From Octopus vulgaris (Eukaryota), in NCBI GenBank assembly GCA_951406725.2, contig OX597814.1, positions 23,560,001 through 23,624,000 on the forward strand: a stretch of DNA of 64,000 nucleotides. Reading direction: 5' to 3'. Shown piece after piece: positions 53,571 to 64,000 of this stretch. Under the pieces are notes generated by a model. The model was given only the letters and a program-made list of their open reading frames with translations. It did not search any database and was not told the origin of the DNA. The stretch's first letter is position 1. Each line of letters starts with the position of its first letter. Made by a program: the position numbers and the translations under genes.

Positions 53571-55672
53571 ATAGATAGATAGATAGATACACACATACAA
53601 ACATATATACATGCATGAATACATACATGTGTAAATGCATAAACACACACACACACACACATGCACACAAACACACACACATACATACAAACATACATAC
53701 AGACAGACAGAACAACAGTATAGAGTGAGAGTGAGAGTGAGGGATGGTGGAGAATTGTGAATCAAACTGCAAGTTATGTTACAGTCAGACAGATTTGACA
53801 ATATATAATAGCAATTATTAATGACAAAAATAAACAATTAAAAAACCAAATGCTTAATGAAACCCATAACCTAAATTTGTTGAAATAATTACCTTACTGT
53901 TAATATTAAAGGTATCTTAATCAAATGGATATTTCAATCTTTTACTAATTTTACAGTATGGTAAGAGTCAACATTAACAATTAGAAGTTATTAAAGGGAA
54001 TTTTGGTGATATTGAAAATATGATTGTCTCGAAAAATGGAAACTTGGTTCCTCTTGCTAACATGGAGAATTTGCAGTAACAGCAAACCAATGAATCAATG
54101 AAATAGTGACAAAAAAGAAAAAAAAGAAAAGTTAGCAAGTGTAAAATTAAATTATCAAAGACGTGTAAAATCAAATCAAATGATCAAATGAAACATTTGA
54201 TCAAAGTTTAATAGGACTATGATCTAATGTAATCAAAGTTTTATTAAATATTGAATTCATAACACAAATTTAAAAGCTTCTTTTAGATTATAAGTAGATG
54301 ATGTAATACCACTATCATAACTCCAACTGCAACAAAAAAAATAACATAACCATAATAAAACTCAATAGCCATTATTCCTAAATTAAAAGAATATGACAAA
54401 GAAACTTCTTTACCCCTCCTCTCTGATCCACTCTTCTTTTCCTTCACCTCCCTCAAAACTGATATTCACCACTGATCATACTTCTATACATGTCCACCAT
54501 TCACTGCATACACCTCTAACTCCAGCTCTTACCATGTGTCACTCTCCTTTTACACTTTTACAATATTACCCATCTACCTTTTCTGAACCTCTATCCCAAT
54601 TCTTTCTTCTATTCACTTTCTTGTACCTTATGTACAATCCTTACCCTTTTTTCTCCCTTTCAAGTTGAGGTTGTGATGTATCTCCTTTGCATTAAAACAC
54701 TTGTTCATGTACATTGATCATACTTTAGCCTCTTATCACTTGGCATAAAGCCAACTCTCTCAATACTGCACTTCATTCAGTAAAAAGGGTCTTGTTTTGT
54801 TTGTTATTTGGTGACCTTATGTTGTGTGGACACCCCCAGATGAAGTAGGCTAGCCCAATACGTAGATATAGAGGGAGAAGCCTAGACGACGAGGTCAGAG
54901 TAGACTAGAACAGAGTAGGGTTGAGTAGAAGGTACCCAAATGTATGACATAACAGTAGTAACGAGGATTTCGAAGCTCACACAGCCACTGTATAGTATTG
55001 TGACATAACACCTTACTAGTGCAAGCATCACCTTACTAGTGCAAGCTGTAGAAACCATGCCAAAGCAGATATTGGAGTTCATCACAGTCCTCTAGCCTAT
55101 CAGATCCTGTCAAACCATCTAACTGATGCCTGCATGGAAGGCAGATGTTAAATGAGAATGATAATGACGATGATGAGGAAAATTAGCAACCTCACATGCT
55201 ATGACCTTAAAATCAACAATAAGAATGGATTTGTCTTTGTCAGTAAACCAAATAAATAACATTGTTCATGCAAGCTGAATGGATAATGTCGAACATATAC
55301 AAGAATTAAAGACTGGATGTTTCTTTAGTAATAGAATATTTCTCCAAATGCTCTACAACCACTTAGAAATTTCTAGCGATATTGTCATGTTTTAAGCAAG
55401 TCAATGCATAGCATAAAATCATCAGGGTAATAAATAAACCTACATTCAATTTCCTTTCCCATCCCCCAGTCAGTCAACTTACTATGATAGACTCTCTAAT
55501 ACTTAAATCTACCATGCTTCAAGCAAGATGATATTTTGCAAGAGGCAACAGAATTTCAGAGGCTCATAAAAATAGATAGTGCTGCAAATTGGATGCATAT
55601 ATGTTCAATGCCATGCAAAACCATTTTCAACCAAATACAGAAAAGCAGACCACATGATATGGTCCTAGACTA

Positions 55673-55901
55673 TTTCTTTACTACCCACAAAGGGCTAAAC
55701 ACAGAGAGGACAAACAAGGACAGACAAATGGATTAAGTCGATTTTATCGACCCTAGTGCATAACTGGTAATTATTTAATCGACCCCGAAAGGATGAAAGG
55801 CAAAGTCAACCTCAGCGGAATTTGAACTCAGAACGTAGCGGCAGACGAAATATGACTAAGCATTTTGCCCAGCGTGCTAACGATTCTGCCAGCTCGCCGC
55901 C
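55673..55901 (-). mobile_element. SINE family B monomer with 16-bp TSD
   Basis: TSD ATATGGTCCTAGACTA at 55657-55672 and 55911-55926. Confidence 0.9.
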
Positions 55902-57084
55902 TTATGGTCTATATGGTCCTAGACTAGTGAGAATTATACAATACCCTTTTTAGATTGTTCCCAACAATACCCACAACTATCCTTTTACCAAAATAACGGC
56001 AGGCTGGGTTGATTCTCTTTCAATTTATGAATTCTTAAGTCATGCTCAACATCTGATGATCTCATAGATATGCCATCTTCAAATTTTGTCTGCTCTTCAT
56101 AGGTATCTGGAGTCAATTCAGAGATGCCATTACACTCACATCACATCCCTTACATCATCTATCCACTTCATGCCACCATCCTTTTTCTTGAACCTCAGCT
56201 TCACTAACACAATGCTCTTTTCCATGCCATACAATCACATAATGAGACTAAAAAAAAATGTTAAGTGATGTTACTCAAATAAAAATTTAAAAAAAAAAGA
56301 GAAAGGATGACTGAACATCTTTGTCAGCAACACTAATTACGTCTTCTCTAACGACATCCCTATATCAACCAGCTAAATATGATATGCTTCGTCATCGTCA
56401 TCATCATCATCATCATCATCATCGTTGTTGTCGACATCACCACCACCACCACCATCATCCTCATCATCATCACCATCATCATCTTCAATGCAATCACCAG
56501 AAACACTAAACCTCTTCTGTATAACTAACAAAACAATCAGGCTACATCATTATCTGAACCAGCTGAATGAACATTACAATGTCATTTATACAACACTATA
56601 AAGCAGCAACTACTTTTGCACCAACGACTTCCAACTAACTCTGCTGCTACAACCACTCCACTCTAAAATAATCACAATTAGCAACATTTTTGTTTTTTGT
56701 CTATTTCTCTATAGGGGCTTGAATTACTCATGTAAAGTGGTAAATCAAATGGAGATATCCTTTAATTACATGATTCTACAGATAAGATGTATTATTTTTA
56801 TTTGGTTACACACAAAAAAAAAATGTATCAAAACAATACGAATAAAAGCAGCAGATAGAATTAAGGTTTGCGGTTTTATCATTGTTGGCAATGTATCAGT
56901 TATTCCACCATATACCATTCAATTGTGATTGTATTTGTATAAATGGGCATGTGCATGTCTCTGTAATGTGTGTATGTGAGTGTGTCTGTGTGTGTGTCTG
57001 TGTGTGTCTGTGTGTACATTTAGTGTATCTGTATGTTACGTCTGTGATAGTAGTTTCCATGATAAATATAACATTCTTACTACA

Positions 57085-57116
57085 AGTAGCAGTAGTAGTA
57101 GTGGCAGTAGTAGTGA

Positions 57117-57195
<79 letters not shown>
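57085..57195. repeat. (AGT)n microsatellite
   Basis: Visible directly. Confidence 0.95.
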
Positions 57196-57196
<1 letters not shown>

Positions 57197-57359
57197 AACT
57201 TTGGCACAAGGCCATAACAATAATAGTACTTTCATTATTGGCCACAAGGGCTAAAAAAAAAGTATTTAGGACAATGCAAATACAAAGGAGAAATGGGATT
57301 TTCATACAAACATGGAAATAATAAGGAAGCCATAACAATTAACATGAAAATCGATAACT

Positions 57360-58335
57360 GCAAAATTTCCCAGTCGGGAAAGTACTGCCCAGGGGTAACC
57401 AAGAGACCGCACCAACCTTAGGTTCCCTTGATTGCTGAAGGGTCTTCATGGAGGCATTCTACTATTTGTTTCCTCCAGTTTGCAGGTGTAAACTCAAAGT
57501 AGGATCACTCACTCAAGCCATCCCTACCACATTCATCAACCTTTCAAAACATTTATTGAGAAGGAGAGAGGGACTTCCCTCTTTACTCTCATCTTCCTTT
57601 TCGAGTGGAACTTAGAAATATCAGTAAGGGCTTGACTCGAGAATAAAGTGCTTGACTGCATTCCTGAATAATAATGATAATAATAATAATAATCTTTTCT
57701 ACTAAAGTCACAAAGCCTGAAATTTTGGGGCATTGGAGTAAAAATCATAATAATAATGATAATAATAATAGAAGCAGTACCAGGCAGAGGCTCTCATAGC
57801 TTCTGATCTTAACTGATTCGAAGTGTTATCATGTACATTGGTATAAAAGATGGGCTCAAATATTCTGCTCAATACCACAAATTTGCTTCTCAGTTGTTTG
57901 ACCATAACCAGTTGAGCATGTCCCTTAGTGGCTGACGATATGTGCATCTCTGATCATGAGCAGAAGTACTTGGGGGGCATCATAGCCATGTACCGAGAGG
58001 GATTCTTTAGGGTTTGGATAATTCACCTTTTGAAACATAGGTGTTTCATTCAAACAACTCCTATTCAGGGACCTTTTGAGTGGGATGGGCTACTTGACCT
58101 GAAGAAAATTCTAACTGGGGCCCACCTGAAAGGTTATGCGCTGTTTATCTTGATATGAGATCACCATGTCGAGCACATATGGTTGTGATGCATGTGCCTG
58201 GTGTACCCTTATCAGATGGGTAGTCATGATGGGTATACTGGACTTCGTATATTTTACACCAGTGTCACTTTGATAGCATGCACTGCTCTCTCACTCAATA
58301 ATAAGAATAATGATAATAATAATGATAATAACAAT
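57360..58335 (+). mobile_element. Two GC-richer inserts each ending in (AAT)n, probable LINE 3' UTR fragments
   Basis: 57360-57690 and 57775-58335 both end in AAT tails, and the second sits within a SINE-B-like remnant. No coding motif seen. Confidence 0.45.
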
Positions 58336-59838
58336 ATGGTTAATGGTTTTTGGCTCAAGGCTATCAGTTTATTGGTGAGGGGTTATGTCAATTGCATCAA
58401 CCCCAAAAGGATGAAAGGAATTTAAACTCAGAATGCAAAGCAATGGAAGAAATGCTGCTAAGTACAACACATTCTAATGAATCTACCAACCCATTGCAAT
58501 AATATTAATTATGGTGATGATGATGACGACGATGATGTTAACAATGACAGTGACAAAGGAGAGAGAAATAGGAGGGAGTGTAGAGGAGGAAGAGGAGAGA
58601 AAAGGGAGGAGGAGGGGATATTTTACTTTGTATTAAGTTAACAAATTTGTGATAGAGAAGCATAGCCTATTGATTGGTTCTGTTAGTAACATAGGAAGGA
58701 TAATACAGATGATAAACCGATACTTTGTAAAGGAAAGCTAAAAACAAATTCCTTGTTATTTTCAAACTGGTGGGCAAATTTTTGTTTGAAAAAAATCAGG
58801 TAGATATTGATGCAATGCAGACACTCAGGTAGGATAATTAATATTTATTTTACCTTTTTTACTTTGATTATGCCTAAAATATACTGTGTGCAATAACAAA
58901 TAACAACAGGGGGATTATAATAAGCAGGTAAGAATAGGACATAAATAAAAGCAAAGTGAACAAACTTTATACAAATCCAATGCTATATAACATAGCAGAC
59001 ATGGCTTGCGATACAAACAAGCAATGAAAATAACACTCTCTGGTCCATGATTTATGAAGAATTCCAGATGTGAGTTAAATTTGATCAAAGTTATAAAATA
59101 CATGTAACCTGAGCGTCAAAAGTTGATATTCTCTCAAATAGTTAAACCTCCCAAAAAATCACTTAGTCATTTCCATCATCATTGTTGTCCTCCTCCTCCT
59201 CCTCTGCCACTGCCTCCTCCTCCACCTCCTGCTCCTCCTCCCATCCTCCCTCTCCTCCTCCTCCTCCTCCTCTTCATCATCATCATCACCATCATCATCA
59301 TCACCATCATCATCATTGTCATTGTTGTCCCCATCATCATCACTGTCACCATTGCCATCGTTGTCATCGTCATTGTCCTCCGCACTTCCTCCTTCTCATC
59401 AACATTTAATGCCTGTTTTCCATGCAGGTATGGGTCGGACACTTTGACAGAATTTGATGAGTTGCTGAGCTGCCCTGAGCTACACTGTCAGCTTTTGGCA
59501 TGGTTTCTGTGATTGGATGCCTTTCCTAACACCAGCCACTTTACAGTGTGTACAAGAAGCTTTTGCACATGCCACTAGTACTAATGAGGTCACCAATTAA
59601 TTGTCAAGATGGAAAGGAACAGGGAAAAACATTCTCAAATAAATGGGGGTAGTATTTGAGAAGGGGAAATGGCTTTATACCAGACACTGAGAGGCTAAAA
59701 TTATGACAGGAAAAAACATATTTTGCTATGGATGAAACACACAGTTACCCCCACATTATAAAAAGCTGGGTGAGAGTAACTGGAAAGAGGACAAAAATGG
59801 TAAAAATCATTAAGCGTCAATGAACTAAAGAATGGTAT

Positions 59839-60235
59839 ACTCTTTTACTTGTTTCAGTCATTTGACTGTGGCCATGCTGGAGCACCACCTTTAGTCGAGC
59901 AAATTGACCCCGGGACTTATTCTTTGTAAGCCCAGTACTTATTCTATCGGTCTCTTTTTGCCAAACTGCTAAATGACGGGGATGTAAACACACCAGCATC
60001 GGTTGTCAAGCAATGCTAGGGGGACAAACACAGACACACAAACACACACACACATGATATATATACATATATACGACAGGCTTCTTTCAGTTTCCATCTA
60101 CCAAATCCACTCACAAGGCATTGGTCGGCCTGAGGCTATAGCAGAAGACACTTGCCCAAGATGCCACGCATGGGACTGAACCTGGAACCATGTGGTTGGT
60201 AAGCAAGCTACTTACCACACAGCCACTCCTGTGCC
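59839..60235 (-). mobile_element. SINE family A
   Basis: Reverse complement of 10080-10476. Confidence 0.9.
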
Positions 60236-60262
60236 TATCTGGAAATATTACAATATATGTCA

Positions 60263-60463
60263 CATCATCATCATCATCATCATCATGCTTTCCATGCTAG
60301 CATGGGTTGGATGATTTAAATGAGGACTGGCAAACCAGATGGCTGCACCAGGATCAGATTGGAGCCTGGTGCAGCCATCTGGTTTGCCACTCCTCATTGA
60401 AATCGTCCAGCCCATGCTAGCATGGAAAGCGGACGTTAAACGATGATGATGATGATGATGATG
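60263..60463. repeat. Head-to-head inverted pair of RTE 3' tails (hairpin)
   Basis: Arms 60287-60352 and 60365-60430 (66 bp, 4 mismatches), 12-nt loop, extended by (CAT)n/(GAT)n. Confidence 0.9.
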
Positions 60464-61007
60464 TTACAGAGTTATATTATAACCAAAAGATACAGCGACT
60501 ATGAAAAGTATATGTGAGATCTAGAATGGAAAATGGAAAATAGCATGAAGATGTAATATGGCTAAACCCAAATACATTAGAAAAATGGGTAAAGATTTCT
60601 AATAAACAATAAATAAGATAACATAAATAGAACAACTCATAAAAAGAATAGATAATGAATATAAACAAAACAACCAATTAAACAGAAAAACGGTGAACTT
60701 CAACCAATCAATGAAAACAGCACAAAAGAACCCACCAAACAAAAAAAAAAACAGTTGAGCTCTCATGAGACAACAGAAATGGTCAATAACAATACTTATA
60801 CCAAATGAACCCTGAAAATACAATAAAAGTAGTACAACAGAATAGATCACAAAAAAACAAAAACAAATAATTATAAAAATTGGGAAAAAAAAAGGGGGGA
60901 AACAAGTATATAAAAAACCAAAAAAAAACAACAAAGATGTTGACCAGACAGAACACAGAAACAAGCATGTAAATATCCAGCCACACAAAATTAAAACTCT
61001 ACCACTC

Positions 61008-61089
61008 ACACAACCACCACACCACCATCACTTATACTACTACTACTACTACTACCACCATTACTACTACTACTACTACCACCACAACC

Positions 61090-61121
<32 letters not shown>

Positions 61122-61182
61122 TACAACAACTACTACCACCATTACTACTACTACTACCACCACCACCACCACCACCACCACC

Positions 61183-61220
<38 letters not shown>

Positions 61221-61465
61221 CACCACCACCACCACCACCACTACTACTACTACCACCACCACCACCACCACTACTACTACTACCACCACCACCACCACTA
61301 CTACTACTACCACCACCACCACCATTACTACTACTACTACTACCACCACCACCACCACTACTACTACTACCACCACCACCACTACTACTAACACCACCAC
61401 TACTACTACCACCACCACCACCACCACCACCACCATCACCACCACCATCACTACTACTACTACTA
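61008..61465. repeat. (ACC)n/(ACT)n compound microsatellite
   Basis: Visible directly. It produces the poly-V and poly-GS ORFs. Confidence 0.95.
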
Positions 61466-61819
61466 CAGCTGCCGCCATGCAACATGAAGAGCTTCCATTT
61501 ATGTTAATTATTTCTGTCTGAAGCCTTGTATTCAGCCACATTCATGTATTCGAATTAGGCTCCATCTTCTCTGTACTTATTGTTAGTCATGTAGATTTTG
61601 ATCTTCCTCTTTTTTTTCTTCCTTCAACCTCCCAATGCTCTGTCTCCTACAATATTCCATCTATCTGAATAGAATGTGTCCCATATAAAAACTACCCCCC
61701 CCCCAATCTGTTTTTCATAAGATGTAAGTATCTTTGGTAACTGCTCTTAGTCTTTTATAATTTAATGGTCTTGGCATCTGACACCTGATATGGATATGCT
61801 GTCGAGAGTCTTGAATTTA

Positions 61820-62040
61820 CCCTTTAGTGTTTAAACCGGCCATATCTGGCCCAAATATTCTATATGTTTTATATTCAAACTGGCCATATCTAGCCTTTCA
61901 CACCTAACCTACAATGCCGTTCTAAAAATAAACAATGACATCATTGAAACCTCAAAGCTATAAGATAATGCTTGATGAATTCAAAACAATTTGAATAAAA
62001 AATATATTACATTTAACAGTGTAATCTGAATACTAAAGGA
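61820..62040. mobile_element. piggyBac-type MITE (second family)
   Basis: TTTA-CCCTTTAGTGTTTA ... TGAATACTAAAGGA-TTAA; imperfect TIRs and TSD. Confidence 0.65.
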
Positions 62041-62200
62041 TTAACATTCCAGGCCAAAGTAAGGAACTATGTTTCATCTGTTAGATTAGTGGAATTCTCT
62101 CAAGCAGTCATCGCATGACAATGAAACCATACCCAGACGTTTCCACATTTCTGAAGACAAAACAGCAATTAGAAAACTTAGGCACTTAACAATACACTGA

Positions 62201-62231
<31 letters not shown>

Positions 62232-62575
62232 CACGCACACACACATACACAGCAACAACAGAATAAGTAGAATGAAAAATCAACCCAAACATCAATGGAA
62301 GCGACCATCTAAGATGCAAATAAATAAGAATCCCAGAGAAATTCTTTCTGTAACGGCAAACCCAAGTAAAAAATATTCTAAAATAATCCAGTTTATTCAA
62401 CTGCTATGACAGTATTGATGAAAACCAGATCTGACATTAACAGAGTCACAACACATCTTACTTCATCATGAAAGTAGAGGAGAGGCCTATCTTCCTTTTT
62501 GTGAAACTGAAAAAGAGGTGCCTAAATGGAAAAGAAAACAGTACACTATTTTGTCCCCTTGTTATCCCAGGCCTG

Positions 62576-62906
62576 AAGGTGCATGGCTCAGTGGTTAGAG
62601 TGTCACTCTTACGATCATGAGGTTGTGAGTTCGAATCCCGGACTGGGCTGTGTGTTGTGTTCTTGAGCAAGACACTTTATTTCACGTTGTTCTAGTTCAT
62701 TCTGTTGTAAAAATGAGTTGCAACATCACTGATGCAAAGCTGTATTGGCCTTCGCTTTTCCCTTGGATAACATCGGTGACATGGAGAGGAGAGACTGGTA
62801 TTTCATGGGTGACTGCTGGTCTTCCATAAACAACCTTGCCTGAACTTGTGCCTAAGAGGGTAGCTTTCTAGGTGCAATCCCATGGTCATTCATGACCAAG
62901 GGGGGT
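62576..62906 (+). mobile_element. tRNA-derived SINE family C
   Basis: A box TGGCTCAGTGG, B box GTTCGAATCCC, then TGTGTTCTTGAGCAAGACACTT and a non-tRNA body. Confidence 0.8.
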
Positions 62907-63137
62907 CTCCAACTCAAACTATCCCGGGCCACACACATACACTACTTCCCAATCCTTCTGAGAACATCATCTCTCCAGAATACCTTTTATCTCCATATTT
63001 TTCCTTCTGCTGTTAAGGAGGAACATCAGCAGTATCAATCTCTAGGAAAGAATCTGAAGGACGTGATCTCAGTCTTTATTTCCAGAACAAACTATTAAGA
63101 AACAGAAAATCCCAATACACAGATCCTAGCAAAGATA

Positions 63138-63338
63138 TGAGGGGGTGCTGAAAAGTCCCTGACTCTGGGTAAAAGAAAATACAGGGATATCAGTTAATTA
63201 TGATTTTATTCAACATGTTCCCCTCTCAGATTCACACATTTATTGCAGCAGGCCTTCAGTTTTTCTAAGCACAGTAAAAGAACTCAGAAGGTTGGGCCTT
63301 GATACCCTTAAAGCCAGGGACTTTCAGCTACCCCCTCG
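63138..63338. mobile_element. mariner-type MITE
   Basis: TA-TGAGGGGGTGCTGAAAAGTCCCTG ... CAGGGACTTTCAGCTACCCCCTCG-TA. Confidence 0.85.
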
Positions 63339-64000
63339 TATATGAGATTAGACACTTTAAAAAACTTGGGTGATTCTCTCAGAAATGAGAATTTGAAAAA
63401 TATTCTGTTGGAATACCAACAAAAAAACAGTGCTGGAATACACAACATCATCAAGAAAATGTACTTTAAATCACCAAAGGAAAAACATGAAGACACCCAA
63501 AAGTAATTTCATATCTTCATTATAAATATCAGTTTTTAATGTCTGTCTTCCATACTGGCATTGCCTGGATGGTTTGTCAGATCCAGTAGGATTGCACCAT
63601 GCATCATGCTTCATATTTTAAACACCCATTTCCTTTATTCAATTTTGCTAGACTTACTCCTGTAGTACCAATCCACAACAATACCATTGTTATTTTGAGA
63701 CCGTATTCTCCTATACCTTACAGCAGTAGCTGAAGGAAAATCAGATCCATCTGTTATTTTTGCATGGTTATATCACATATTTCTCTACTTTTTTTATGTA
63801 TTCTTGGGCGTTCTTTGTGTTATTTCTCAAATCATCCAAACAAGGGGAATCCAGTTCCATGAAATTCTACTTAAAATTCAGTAGACTAGTCCAAATTATG
63901 TGTTTGGACTATTCTACTATGACAAAAAGGGTATTCTGCATCGTGTCCTCTATTTTACAAGGCTATGCATAATTGGAAGAAGTATCAGTGCTTCAGTCAA

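Noticed and set aside
62576-62660. tRNA gene
   Set aside because: It has A/B boxes but no clean acceptor stem and continues into a repeated SINE body. The same holds for 21346-21420.

Overview
AT-rich, repeat-saturated eukaryotic intronic/intergenic DNA. The SINE families and microsatellite load suggest an octopus/coleoid cephalopod (inference). I recognise no intact host gene; most listed ORFs are microsatellite or antisense artefacts, and there are only a few weak candidate minus-strand exons. Supported content: a full-length but mutated mariner (DD34D) with TIRs; a 5'-truncated RTE-type LINE with a C4HC3 PHD-like finger inserted in its RT; a second decayed RTE on the minus strand; maT-like, mariner and Tigger/pogo remnants; R4/Dong-like fragments; several MITEs (TA- and TTAA-type); three tRNA-derived SINE families; many LINE 3'-tail copies. 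The most striking signal is a 160-bp near-perfect inverted repeat (2649-3021) whose 53-nt loop is almost entirely a type I hammerhead ribozyme on the minus strand. Four further minimal hammerhead-like motifs in sequence-unrelated, Penelope-like fragments lie elsewhere in the window.
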